Shown here: in pieces, positions 39,285 to 53,350 of the stretch | How the letters are laid out: every line of letters starts with the position of its first letter | How positions within the stretch are numbered: the first letter of the stretch is position 1 | Position numbers and translations under genes: made by a program | Notes under the pieces: model-generated | What the model was told of the DNA's origin: nothing | The model's input: the letters and a program-made list of their open reading frames with translations, nothing else | Database searches by the model: none | Source: Octopus sinensis | Taxonomy: Eukaryota | NCBI RefSeq assembly: GCF_006345805.1 | Contig: NC_042998.1 | Location: 57,226,001-57,290,000 of the forward strand | DNA length: 64,000 nt | Direction: 5' to 3'

Positions 39285-39375
39285 AATTTGGTACGATCGT
39301 TTCGCACTACATCATTTCATTAAATGTTGTAAGTATTACAACAGTTTTAAAATGCTGAGCACTCATCAGTCATTA
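39285..39375 (-). ncRNA. hammerhead motif with very long helix II and weak helix I, at the 3' end of a decayed PLE (to ~39920)
   Basis: Minus strand CTGATGA GTGCTCAGCATTT...TGTTGTAAtacTTACAACA...AAATGATGTAGTGC GAAA CGATCG TA CCAAATTA; upstream decayed GFKLQY and EACLEL GIY-YIG-like text. Confidence 0.55.
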
Positions 39376-41368
39376 ATAGAGGTTTTCCATTAATACATAA
39401 TTTTCATATCAAGTGATAACATTATAGAGAAGGTAGATATATAAACAAAGATGTGGATTTAAATTTTAAGAGCATTTAAGGTAGTGGAGTTTATCAACTG
39501 ACTGAATAATATTCAGTTGCTATGAACTGCTAGAAGGTTCTGAGAAGAATGGACAAATGAAAGGAGACAAGAAATATTTTCTATTTATAGAAATAGGGGT
39601 GAAATAGATGTTAAAGTTCCATATGGATAAATTTAGGTAGATAGAAAAGGATTGTCACATTACAATGCCAATTACTACTATTTGGTAAGACATTAACCTA
39701 GTTTTCCTAATGCTAAATCTGTTTACCAAATAGCTCTAGGCATGCTTCTAGTGAGGCTGAGAGGAATTTATAGTAAATCTAGGACTGCGTTAGTCAGTAA
39801 AATCAGTAAAATGTGGAATTTTGGTTGCTATTATAGCAAAATGATTGATTATGTGGGTAGGGACGTTGAACCTTGTCCGCTAAGGAATTTTGTTAATATT
39901 GTAATTTGAAACCATCTGCTGTCGAAGTTTCTAAAATCCGAGATGTAAAAAAAGAAACAAAGTTTCAAGCCTTGACACCAAAACAATAATTTCAGATGCT
40001 CTGTTTTATCTATGGCTTTGTAAAATTAAAAGATAAACTAGGAAACACTTTCAGTTAGTCCCTGGTACTACAAAAACGGTTCTCCACATCCAACGGAAAG
40101 CTGAAAATTGGCTGAGTTGTAAGGATGTGGGCTAAATTTTCACGTAATTTGTGCTGCCACTTTGTGCAGTGAGTTCAAATATCGCCCTGGTAAACTCAAA
40201 CATTTATCATTTCATGGTCGCAAAAATGTGCCAACCTACGGTGACGTATTAGCAGAGCTACTAAAAGGTTGTTTTTTGTGTGTGTATTTCGATGGCAGCA
40301 CCTGTGACAACACTAGTCGTATTCATCTTGCCTTTTTCTTTGCAATTATCGGTATTGTGAGAAAGAGAACATGCACGAATGCTGCAAATTTTATTATCAG
40401 ATTAACGAAAGCAAGCGTTCAAGAAAGAAAAATGAAGAAAGAATAGAAAGATAGTAAAACGAAAGAAGGTAAGAAAAAATAAAAATAAACTTAGCCCAGG
40501 TGCGCGCCTTGTACAGAAACAGTCCTCTAGAAGTTCATGGTCAGACATGGTCATGGATTTCTGCATCAGAAACGAGTTCCCAACATGATCATTAGCTAAG
40601 ATTTCACAGGATTACAATTAGATTACAATTACATTCTTCCAGACAAATGATGCAAGTATTTGAAAATATATTAATTTCTGACTTAAGAACAAGGCAAACA
40701 ATTTTAAAGGGACGTGTACCAGCCGATTATGTTGACTTTAGTAAACAGCAGGTACTTTATATCATCGAAACGGAAAACCAAATGCAAAATTGAGCACGGT
40801 GGGATTTGAACTCAGAATATAAAGATCCAGAACAAACAAATACTGCAAAACATTATGGTTCCAATACACTAATGATTGTTTCAGCTTGCCACCTTAATAT
40901 TTTTACCTACCATGGTAGTCATCCGTATCTCTCAATTGTGTTGTCTTTTTTCACGAAGCGTCACTTTACCAGAGTTCAAACTACAGTGTTGGAATTTTGA
41001 TGATGTACAGAAAACGCTTCAGTATTTCTTTGTTTTTCAAGGGATCTACCTGAAGATATCAAAAGATTTCAAGTCACATCCATTTTCTTCACTGGAGTGC
41101 TGGATTCCATAAAATAATTTTTGTGAAAAAAGAAGTCATTAACGATTATATAATATTATCTGAAATATAATCTGCAGAAAAAAAATGAATGAAAAAATTC
41201 ATAAATGAAGGAATGTATACTGGACATCTTAATACTTTTTTAACGTGTGCATCACCGGTGATTCTCGTGGAACCGAATGAATATAATATTTGTTCTGTAG
41301 AACGGGAGTAATCAGTAGTACTCGTGATATAAATCAACGTGATAGTTTGTATAATAACGAATAACACA

Positions 41369-41589
41369 TATGAGGTGGTGCTGAAAAGTTCTTGGCTTTG
41401 GGTAAAAGAAAATACTGGAAGACCAGTTAATTATGATTTTATCCAATATATTTCCCTCTCAGATTCACATACTTATTGCAGCAGTCCTTCAGTTTTTCTA
41501 AGCCCTGTAAAAGAACTCGGAAGTTTGGGCCTCCAACCAGGCCTTTCTTGACATCCTTAAAACCAGAATTTTTCAGCACCCGTTTCGTA
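41369..41589. mobile_element. 221-bp mariner-type MITE
   Basis: TATGAGGTGGTGCTGAAAAGTTCTTGG versus right-end reverse complement TACGAAACGGGTGCTGAAAAATTCTGG; TA ends. Confidence 0.7.
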
Positions 41590-41607
41590 TGTTCTTTTAT
41601 TTTTTAA

Positions 41608-41983
41608 TTCTTTTACTTGCTTCTGTCATTAGACTGTGGGCATGCTGGTGCACCCCCTTAAAAAGTTTTAAGTCAAAGAAATCGACCCCGGGACTTATTT
41701 TTATAAGCCTAGTACTTTTTCTATCGGTCTCTGCCGATCTGCTAAGTTACTGGAACTTAAACACACCAGCATCGGTTGTCAAGTGAGGGGCAAACACTGA
41801 AACACACACATATATATATATATGTACGACGGTCTTCTTTCAGTTTCCCTCTACCAAATCCAGTCACAAAGCTTTGGTCTGCCCGAGGCTCTAGAAAAAA
41901 ACAAAATTGACCAAGATGCCACGCAATGGGACTGAACCCGAGACCATGCGGTCGGGAAGCAAGCTTCTTATCACAAAGCTACG
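41608..41983 (-). mobile_element. SINE family B, diverged
   Basis: Reverse-complement homology to 8885-9255. Confidence 0.75.
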
Positions 41984-42780
41984 TTTTGTTTAAAAAATAA
42001 AAAACGCATACTTTATAAAAAAATTAGACCGCTGGTGCGAAAGAATGAACTTGATAAGCAAAGTGTTAAGTACCGGAAAATGAACTGTATCCTAATTTAT
42101 GCCCACTTTGCCTTTTTTCGTTATAAAAATATTATCGGAATATATATTAATTTGTTTTTTCAAATGGTGGAATTTGTAGTAATGACTGAAATATATTTCC
42201 AAGCGTTAGGTTTTGTCTAACCTAGTTAAAGAAACACTTTAAAACGTTGAAGTAAATTCGCTTCACTGAAGTTGTTAATATATTTCATTAACGACATACG
42301 TCTAATTTAACTTTCTTTTGCAGTTTCTGGCAATAAAAGTATTGATATTTCTTACGTATTATTACGCTTAAATTGTTTTTGACACATTTAGTGGAACTGT
42401 TGATGTATTTTTCAGATGGATTTCTATAATTGTTATACTTTATACATAATTCACTTACTACTAATTTTCTGAGTGAATGTTTAAGCTGTGCATTTTAATT
42501 TCGTTAGAAAATAGATTCATAGTGGCTCTTCATCAACGAGATAATATGACGTATACCGAACGGGAAGCTAGACATTAGTTACTGCGTGAGTAACTAATAT
42601 GAGCAACCAAGGCTAACGCAGACTGTCTGTCCGTTGGTCCCTCTCTGTCTTTCTTCCTCTATCTCTCTCTAACTCTCTATTTCCCACCCCCCTTCCCTCC
42701 CCACTCTCTCTCTCTCTCTATCTATCTATCTGCCTGTCTATCTATTTATCCTTCTATTTATATATATATATATATATATA

Positions 42781-43155
42781 TACTAGCAGTATCGCCCGGC
42801 GTTGCTCGGGTTTGTAAGGGAAATAACTATAAAGCATTTTTAGAGAGTTATAGCCAAAAAATGGAAAAAAAAATGATGGTAAATTTTTTTAGTTAAAAAG
42901 GTCGAGTTGCGCCCCCTAGACAGTCTGTGGTTTGTGTTTCTGATTCTCGACCCCATGTCGAATTTATCGATTTTTTTCAGAACTGGGGGAACTTTTCAAA
43001 ATTTTCGCTGCGTTAGTTTTGAATTATGACATTGGGCTATGTGTGTGTCAAGTTTCATCAGAATCGGTTCAAAGCCGTGGTCAGGGTGAGGGTACAACCT
43101 GACAGACACACAGAAACACACACAGACAAACTGCCGTTTATATATATATATATAT
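42781..43155 (+). mobile_element. non-autonomous Helitron/Helentron-like element
   Basis: Starts TACTAGCAGTATCGCCCGGCGTTGCTCGGG (5' hairpin), carries AAGTTTCATCAGAATCGG, ends ACAGAC...ACAAACTGCCGTTTATATATA; layout resembles Lep1/DINE-type elements. Confidence 0.65.
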
Positions 43156-44089
43156 CTGTTGATTCACCAGAATCGATAAATGATATATATATATATATAT
43201 CATTTATATATATTAACGTATATATATATATATATACACGTTAATGCCGAACTAGAATGAGAGCTCAACACTAGACTAGGAGACGAATGCCAAAGTCACA
43301 TGTGGCAGATTTGAATAACAGTTGGGAGATCCGTTGTTACAGGAATACTCTTTAAACTTTGTATGGGCAAGCAGCTGATATGGCTGTTGCCAATGCATAT
43401 TTAATAGGCAGAAATGTGTAATTTGGGGTAATTTGCTTGTTATTGCAATCAGATGAGACGACTGATAGCAGCGTTGATGATGAGGAAAACAACGACGATA
43501 GCAAAGACAAAGATTACACCATCGACGACAGCAAGGACAATTTCCTTCATTTGAGACTACGACGACAAACAACGCTCCAATATCAATTTAGCGTCACATT
43601 GGTATTATAAGATTCAACTTTTCTGATTATCCGAGTCCTCTATTTAGTGCATTTATAATTAGTTAAGAATCCCTTACTTAGGGAATTTATATTTAGTTAA
43701 AAGGTTTAATTATGGAAAATAATTAGGTTTATTTATCATGGCATCATATCATTGCCTATTCTTACTTTTACTTTAATTAGTTAATTTATCTTTACAAGTT
43801 ATCTAATTCAGTAACATTTTAAAATGAAGTTTTATGCTATCTGCATTGTTTCGTTCCTTGAAGCTTCAGTCAGAGTATTTACTTTGTGCATAAAGCTTGG
43901 TGTCTGCAAGACAGTTTCTAAGCAGTCGATGTGCTTGCTAGAAATAGAAATAGCAACCATATCTCATTCAAATGATATCTTATTGTTTCAAAACAAGGAC
44001 TACAACACTGGAATAGTAAATCTGCAGCTACATTATTAATATTGCTGTTCGTGGTTGCAACGTCTTTGATTATAAATCCACAAGGCTAG

Positions 44090-44450
44090 GTTTCATTTGA
44101 GACGAAACAACAACAGAAACATTCGTGGCCTTGTAAACGGAATCGCTGTTCCCATTGCAAATGATCTAGCTTTGCATGAGTGAAAATAGACTCAAAAGTA
44201 AGCAAGAAGAATTGCAGAGTTGTGTGATGTTTGTAAAAGAGCAATTGAATTTTGAAATAATCACAACTGTCCAAACGCAAGTGTGTGCATCTGGAAAACG
44301 TATGTTGAACCTTTTGCTTTTCCCATCTGCCTGTCGTTGTGAACAAGAAACTTCAGCAATGTTTGTTACATAGAATAAATTTCGTGCAAGACTATCAAAG
44401 ACAAAAATCGAGTTGCTTGTTAAAAAGAGCCAAGCTGATCCGTCTCGTTA
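44090..44450 (+). pseudogene. hAT (Buster-like) transposase C-terminal remnant
   Basis: LLFPSACRCEQETSAMFVT*NKFRARL...IELLVKKSQADPSR* matches the PFPSTYLCEQGFS...KNKFRARL...QAHPSH* dimerisation end. Confidence 0.65.
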
Positions 44451-44764
44451 AATATGTAAAAATATATAAGACTAAATTGATTTCATACATATGCACAAGG
44501 CCAGAGATATTTGAGGCGCCAACAGTTGATTATATCAAGTAAATTACTTTATTGTATTGAGCCCGGAAGGATGAAAGGCAAAGTTGATCACAGTGAGATT
44601 TGAACTCATTAAATTAAGTTGAATTAATTAATAGCTTATAACACCTGTATATTGTCTGTTCTCAGGCGTACAACCATTTCACACTATATTCCTTACATTA
44701 GGTGTCGTAACACTTCTCAACTTGATAAAAGGAGAATGCTGGAAAAAAAAATGGTTATCGTGAA

Positions 44765-45153
44765 GAAGCTCCTTTAGCAGCCACGCAGTTTCGGGTTCAG
44801 TCTCACTCTAGGGGATTTTCGGGGGCAACAGCCTTCAACTATAGTTCCGGAGCTGCCAATGCCTTGTGAGTGAATTTGATAGATGGAAATTGTGTGAAAG
44901 CCCCCGTCATATACATACATAATACATACATACATACAAACACACATACATACATACACATACATACATACATATATTCATACACGCATACGTGTGTGTG
45001 TGTGTGTACGCGAACACGTGTGTTTATATTTGTGTTTGTGCTTGTCCCACCATGCACCTTTTGACAAAATGAGGTTCGATTTGATCGATTGGACTCTTAA
45101 AAGTGGTGTTCCAGCGTGGCCGCAGTTCAACGACTGAAACTAGTAAAAGATGA
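44765..45153 (+). mobile_element. SINE family B, diverged
   Basis: Homology to 8885-9255, including AAAGTGGTGTTCCAGCGTGGCCGCAG...GACTGAAACTAGTAAAAG. Confidence 0.7.
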
Positions 45154-45790
45154 AAAAAATGTAATTAAAAATATCGCATCCCTTGTGCAGACTGCGTTAG
45201 TTTCCTTTCATTTCATAACAAGAAAGCAATGAACGCCACATCCACACAGAACTCTGAGTTGAATGGTAAGTCTGATTGTTGCTGCTTGTGAAAATATGTC
45301 TTTAGCTGGTTCCACGTTATCGAAGCAAATGGATTATTGCAATTTCTAAACAGCCATACCGAATTGCATTGTTTACTTCGCAGCGCATCCTGCACGTGAC
45401 TGCTGATGTCAATAAGCTATTCTTCTCTCCGTAGTCTTTTATGGAGTGATATTTTTCGTTTGCACACTTCTCAAATATTTTCCTATCAGGCTTTCTAAAA
45501 TGCTTCTGTTTTTTCCCTTAAAAATCAGCAAGGTAGATTATATCATAATAGAATAGATACATAAGAGTATGCGTGTGCGTGCACGTGTGTATGTATGTCT
45601 CAGTTTGTCTTTCTATCTATCTATCTGTCTTTATGTCTGTCCGCCATCCATCCATCCATCCATCCACCCATCCGTTCATCCATCCACCCATCCATATAGT
45701 ATGTATGTATGTGAGTGTATGTATGTATGTATGTATGTATGTATGTATGTATGTATGTATGTATGTATGTATGCATGTATCTATCAATTG

Positions 45791-45871
<81 letters not shown>

Positions 45872-45992
45872 AATAAAGATAAGATTCTTAATTTAATTAT
45901 CGATCTTATCAAGTGGCCAGCATGGGAATAAAAACCTTCAAAAGTAATAATTATTATTAAAATTATCTTAATTATAAAAATCGTAATTTTGA

Positions 45993-46066
<74 letters not shown>

Positions 46067-46084
46067 GATGGATCGATAGATAGA

Positions 46085-46710
46085 TAGATAGATAGATATG
46101 TTTCTTTATTAGCCACACAGGGCTGCACACAGATAGAACAAATTACAAGGTAGAGCTTTTCTTTTGAAGGTTAAAAAAAAAAAAGGAAGGGGGAGTTTCG
46201 ATCAAAAGGGATCGTAAAAGGAGAGAAAGAGGACAAAAAAAAGGGGGGTTAAAAAAAAGGGGGAGAGGAAAAAAAAAATTGATCAATAGGGATCGTTATC
46301 ACAGAAATGTCAATATGAAGTGTAAAGGGGAGGACAGGTGAGGTTTACCCGTGGAAAGAAAAGCCTACGGAAAAGACCACGGTAACCTCGGTCAATGGAG
46401 TCACATGTTATATTTCTTTTTTTTTTTTTTGCAAATAAGCAACTCTCTGTTTTCAATTTCTGGGTTCATAGGATCATGCTCAAGGTGGCTTCGTCATTCA
46501 TACGTGCCATTCTTGCTACATTCACCCAGCTTTTTTTAAAACATTCGCTAGACAAAACTTGCCTCTCTACTCTCACTTTCCTTTTCAAGTGGTACTTGAA
46601 GAAGTTGATGAGAGATTGACCAGAGAGGAAAGTGTTTGTCTCCAATCCTTTCAGACGCGTCCACCAGATACATTCTTTCGCCATAGCCACAAGGATGATG
46701 AAAATAGCTC
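46085..46710 (-). pseudogene. Tx1/L1-like ORF2 C-terminus plus 3' UTR, between (GATA)n tracts
   Basis: Minus strand [19 protein letters not shown]...[17 protein letters not shown]...CFKKSWV resembles the L1/Tx1 ORF2 end (AK..IW..R motif). Confidence 0.55.
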
Positions 46711-46720
46711 TTCCTTCCCG

Positions 46721-46751
<31 letters not shown>

Positions 46752-46803
46752 GTAGATAGACAGACACACAGAAAAATAGATAGACAGAAAAATAGATAGA
46801 TAC

Positions 46804-46860
<57 letters not shown>

Positions 46861-47078
46861 CAGAGAAATACATAGATATCTACATATATACAAACACAAG
46901 TAAACACGCATACACGCATATTTGTGTGTTTAATATCACACACATGTAAATTCAATTTATATGCAACTTAAAACTAATTGGCGTAATACAGTTAATTTTA
47001 GGTATACATATATCCATATACCAAATCCAATTTGTAACGATGCGTATGCATACACTCGTACACACTCACACGAGCACG

Positions 47079-47123
<45 letters not shown>

Positions 47124-47469
47124 ACATACGTATATGTATGCGCACGTATACACATTAAATATACAAATGTGATATTTTATATTAGAACAAATTAAATTGT
47201 TGATATAAATAGGATCTCAGAAATGTAGCGACTGCTGTTAATGTGTTGAAGAATTAGGCACTGAAGTAAAACACTGCATGAATTTAGAACAGATACAAAA
47301 GAAATGTATTTTGAGAAAAGAGAAATAGGAAATCTGATTTAGGTACTGTTTTTCTGTATTCATTAGCGGCAATAATGATGTGGAATTACTTGTATCACTG
47401 CTTACTGCTGCGATATCATACAGACATATTGTCAAGTTTGTGAAGTGCGTTGCTGTTTCTGTTGTTGTT

Positions 47470-48200
<731 letters not shown>

Positions 48201-48455
48201 AGTTAAGATCAGAAGCCATGAAGGCCACTGCTTGGTACTGTATTATTATCATCATTATCATTATTCCGGCTTCAAATTCCGCCAAGGTCGACTTTGCCTT
48301 TCATCCTTTCGGGGTTGATAAATTAAGTACCAGTTGCGTTACTGGGGTCGATCTAATCGACTATCCCCTACCCCTAAATTTCAGGCTTTTACCTATAACA
48401 GAAACGATTATTATTATTATTATTATTATTACTATTATTATCATCATCATCATCA

Positions 48456-48534
<79 letters not shown>

Positions 48535-48545
48535 CAGCATTATTG

Positions 48546-48986
48546 AGTGAGAGAGCAGTGCATGCCATCAAAGTGACACTGGGGTAAAATATACGAAGCC
48601 CAATATACCCATCATGACTACCAGGCTGATAGGGGTACACTAGGCACATGCATCGTAACCATCTGTGCGCGACATGGTGATCTCACCTTGCAGGTGGAAC
48701 CTAGTTAGAATTTTCTTCTGGTCGAGTAACCCATCCCGCTCAAAAGGTCCCCGAATAAGGGTTGCTTAAGGATGTTGAACGAAACACTCATGTTTCCAGA
48801 GGTGAATTATTCAAACCTCAAAGAATCCCTCTCAACACATGACTATGATGCTCTCCCACTACCTCTGCTCGTAATCAGAGATGCACATATGGTCAGCCAC
48901 TAAGGGACATGCTCAACTGGTTAAGGTCAAACAACTAACGAGCAAATCTGTGGTATTGAGCAAAATATTTGCTGTAGCCCATCTTT
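48546..48986 (-). mobile_element. second copy of the (AAT)n-tailed repeat, abutting the R4-like ORF
   Basis: GAGAGAGCAGTGCATGCCATCAAAGTGACACTGGGG...GTAGCCCATCTTTT shared with 47682-48150. Confidence 0.65.
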
Positions 48987-50040
48987 TATGCAGTTCCAAG
49001 AAATGTGATTTTTGATTTTTGATTTTTGAAGGTGTTCTATATTCACACTTGCAGCATGTTGATAGTTGAGTGCTGATACTTCTAAGCGCACCGATTACTA
49101 TTGGTACCACGTCTACTCTCTTCATTGATCCCCAACCTTCGTATTTCCCATTATAAATCGTTCTAGTTGCTTATATTTTCTTCTTTCACATTCATCCTGT
49201 TGTCACCGGGGCATGCTATGTCTATAATCATACATATTCTTTCCTTTTTATTTACCAGAACATTGTCGGGTTTCCTATGTCTGGTCAGGTGATCGCAATG
49301 GATCATTACATCCCATAGAATTTTGCAGTTCTCATTTTCAGTTACTCCTTCTGGGGCTTGTTCATACCGCGTCTTTGCTCTTTGTAGGCCATGATTTCCA
49401 CAGAGCTCCCAATAGATCATTCTTGCCACATTGTCATGGCGTCGTTTGTGTTCGCGTTGTGACAATTTCAGGCATTCAATAATGATGTGCCATACTGTTT
49501 CCCTCCACTCACCATACATTTTGCGTTTGTCGGAAACGGTAATGTTGGCAATTCTGCACTTCATATAATTGGTCCTTAACGCTTGTTCCTGAGCAGTGAA
49601 TATGAGTGCTTCTGTCTCTATCTTCAGATCACTCCTCCTCATCTATAGCCATCACTCCTCTGCATCTGTCTTGGCGTCCATTTCTTACAAACTGATCATA
49701 CATTTTTTTCTTTCTATGCCTTTTCTATTTTTTTGTTCATTTCTTGTTTACATTTATCTTTATACACACAATTTTCAGTTTTTATGGCGCTGGCGTTCTT
49801 CGTGTGTTTCAACAGTGACTCCACGGCATTTTTTATATACCACCCTAACCTGTTCTTCTCTGCTTTGATACAATCCTGGCAACTGATTAAACCTCTACCA
49901 CCCTTTCTTCCGGACAAGTACAATCTATCGGTATCACTCTTACTGTGGAAGGCTCTGCGTACTGTCAATATTTTTCTGGTTTTGCTATCCATTTTCTTCA
50001 TTTCTCTCTTTTGCTATTTTATAATTCCCGCTCCATACCG
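48987..50040 (-). pseudogene. R4/Dong-like non-LTR ORF 3' half (RT C-term, CCHC, REL)
   Basis: DRLYLSGRKGGRGL; ETEALIFTAQEQALRTN; ETVWHIIIECLKLSQREHKRRHD; RHRKPDNVLVNKKERICMIIDIACP; VVPIVIGAL. Confidence 0.9.
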
Positions 50041-50049
50041 AATTATTGT

Positions 50050-50096
<47 letters not shown>

Positions 50097-50329
50097 ATAT
50101 TATTATTGATATTATTATTGTTGCTATTTTGAATGACTCTCGGATAGTTCATACTTACCGATTATTCTTCACTTGAAACAAGGCAATAACAAATCACCAA
50201 AAGTTTCAAGTCGTGCCTTCTCCTGTAACTCAAAGCGACGATACTCTCCTTAAATGCGAACTGTTCCCAACAGTGCTGTGCATGTGGATCACTTCGAGCA
50301 TAACAGCAGCTCTAATATTCTTAATATGT

Positions 50330-50330
50330 A

Positions 50331-50378
<48 letters not shown>

Positions 50379-50800
50379 GTTGTTGTTGTTGTTCAGTAGT
50401 CTTATTTTTATCACGTGTATCACTACACTAACGAGGGCAGCGCTGTGGACCTTGGGTATGTGCTGTGGTTTGTTGTGACGCTCTTATTTTTACTGTATTG
50501 AAAGTGTTTTACGTAGGATGTGTGCGGTGTCTAGTAGTGCCGTTATCTCTGTTATATATACTTGTTAGAAATGGTGTTTTTGTTATGTATTTGTTTGAAT
50601 ATTTTTTATCGCACCTAATGCGCCTACTATGATAGGAACAGTTTCTGTTTTTAGGCTCCACATTCGAGTTACCTCTTATTCTAGAATTTTGTATTTTGAA
50701 AGTTTGCATTTTACTTAGAGAAACTTTGTTATCTGTTGGTATTGATACATTGATTAAAATACATCTCTTTTTCTTGTATATCGCTGACAACTATATCCAG
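50330..50800 (-). pseudogene. R4/Dong-like REL C-terminus with 3' UTR and (AAC)n(AAT)n tail
   Basis: KKRCILINVSIPTDNKVS; KKYSNKYITKTP.LTSIYN; triplet tail at 50331-50394. Confidence 0.7.
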
Positions 50801-51217
50801 TCTATTAGCCTCGATTTATTATTATCATTATCATTATTACTATTATTGTCACCGTCGCTTAACCCAGGTCAATGATAATCAACCGCGCCCTTGTTTTGAA
50901 AGCTGTATCCAAGATGTTACCCGACGTGACATTTTATTTTTTAAGGGTAATGATTAAGAGTAGTATTGACTACCGATCCGAGTTGAAGCTCCTCTATTGG
51001 TTTGATGTTGTTGTTGTTGTTGTTGATTAAGATCAGCTCCGATGAAATATATTTATGACTGAATATTTTCCAGATAATGTAAACACTCCATCTTTCTCCT
51101 TTGTTACAAGAAACATACTAACATGTTATTCAATGTGTCAAATCATTTAAAGTCATGTCGTATACGAGTGATTTAGCTGCTATTTCTTTACATAAGTTTG
51201 TTGTTGCTGTTGTTGTT

Positions 51218-51251
<34 letters not shown>

Positions 51252-52568
51252 TCGTTGTTGTTGTCGTTCTTCTTCTTCTTCTTTTTATCGTTGTCTCAGA
51301 TGTCGTTGTCATTAATTTTGTAACTCTCGTAGGCGTGGCAGTCATTGAGGTTGTTGCCGTTTTGTCGTTATCATATTCGTCATCGTTGTTGTTGTTGTTC
51401 CTGTTGTTGTTAGTGTCATTATTATTTGTGTTGTGGTCGTTGCTGTGGAAACATTTTTTATTCGCTACTCATTAATGTCCTTGAAGCGGTTCATGACTGC
51501 AAAGCAATGAAACATTCATCAATTATGCAGTATTCTTGCTGCTTAGTGTATTCAACTGAACTGTTCTCCGTGACGGTGCAGGGGAGGAAGGATTGATTGC
51601 AAGTATTTGGAGTAGTACTGACTGGTGAGGCATTGTGCATTTAGTAAAGGTATACTTGGGGACGTATCTTTCTCCCCCTCTTTCTCTTTTTCTCTCTCTC
51701 TCTCGTTGCTCACACGTGACCATCATCCCTCTTTCCTTTCCTTACGTGACCATCTTTATTTTTCTGCACGACGTTCTAAGGGCATGACGTTTTCATTCTC
51801 GCTCTTCTATCTTTTCTCTTTTCAAAGAAAATATTTCTCCCAGTGTTCACTATTTTCCCCTTGTTCTTGTCTAACGACCCCACCATGTTTGTTTCCGTTC
51901 GGTTTCCTTGTATGTCTCCACTATCCTGTTTTTGTTTCCAACTTTGACCCTCCATAAATCCAAAATTTTATTTCGGAATTTATGGGAGCAGCTGTCTTTG
52001 AAGACTCATATGGTCGTTGAATGCTCGAAATGAGGAGTAGATAGACAGCCTACAACTGATGAAGGATCGTTCTCTGTGTTTAAGTGTCCTGTTTTCCATT
52101 TTCTATCGTTGTTAAAGTATTTAACTCGTTTGTTTTCGTACTTCATGTTGTTTACACAGTTGGTGACGTCCTGTACCGGTTGCCTTTTTTATTACCCGCA
52201 TTCACCTATTTCCAACTAAGGTAATACTTCTCGAGTCCCAGACATGTTTTCACCTAAGATCGCAGACAGTGACACTCGCTTACAACTGTCGCACGATGTC
52301 AACGTAAGGAGACAATGAAACACACACAACATATATTTATACACACATTTATAAATATATTAAATACATATATATATATATATATATATATATCAATTTT
52401 TTTGCGACCATGCTGGGGCATTTAGTCTTGTAGGACTTTCAGTCGAACAAATCGACACCAGAACTTATTTCTTTCAAAGTCCGGTACTTATTCTATCGGA
52501 CTCTTTTGCCGAGCCACTAATTTATGGAGACCTACACACATCGACACCGGTTATCAAACTGTGATGTA

Positions 52569-52647
<79 letters not shown>

Positions 52648-52759
52648 CCCGTTAGGTAATTTTGTTACATCCTGTACAAGTGGAGATAATTTTCATAAAT
52701 CAATAAGTTTTGTTGTGTGGTATTTGACATATTGGTATTTGTTTATTTTATTCAAACAT

Positions 52760-53350
52760 ATATCTCCTGGATTCTCTGCGCAAAATTAGCGAGACTCAAT
52801 GGCCGCTCCAGATATTCCATGCCAACAGTAAAATCCTCCATTTGGTATCAAGGCGATTCGTAAATCAAGACGTCATCATGTTCTCTAGCCCACGAGCTGA
52901 AATAGTCACTGAATCCAAGGCTCAAAGCAACTCGTGAAATCCAAAGTTTTTCCACTAAAGTACTATTTGGTGATATAGAAAAAGATGCACTATTAGAAGT
53001 GCCTGGAATAACTAAGTCGCCGAGTGGAGCCTTACTCAATTGACGCCTCAATAATATCATCCATCTTTCAAAGCATATATTTTTCCATTGACCCCAAGAA
53101 AATTATGGATTGTTTTGATGATTGGTCAATTTGCGTTGAGGGCTTTGTACACCAAGACCAACATATTCTTGGATATTGGTATCGATGTTACTGTCTTTGT
53201 CAATGATTTTATAAATGACGATGCGATTGAAGATGCATGGTCTCACCGTTTGGTAAAATCCAGAAGAGGCCAATTTTTATTAACGCATATGTTATTTAAA
53301 TCCTGTTCGCAAGGTACAGTAATGTCGTCCCAGATTTCTAAACAATAGCT
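52760..53350 (-). pseudogene. decayed Penelope-like GIY-YIG remnant
   Basis: Minus strand PCIFNRIVIYKIIDKDSNIDTNIQEYVGLGVQSPQRKLTNH (VIY...EYVG...R..NH). Confidence 0.45.

Noticed and set aside
45223-45265. Candidate 43-nt exon (polypyrimidine-AG, KAMNATSTQNSELN, GTAAGT)
   Set aside because: Splice signals only; no recognisable homology or partner exons. Needs RNA-seq.
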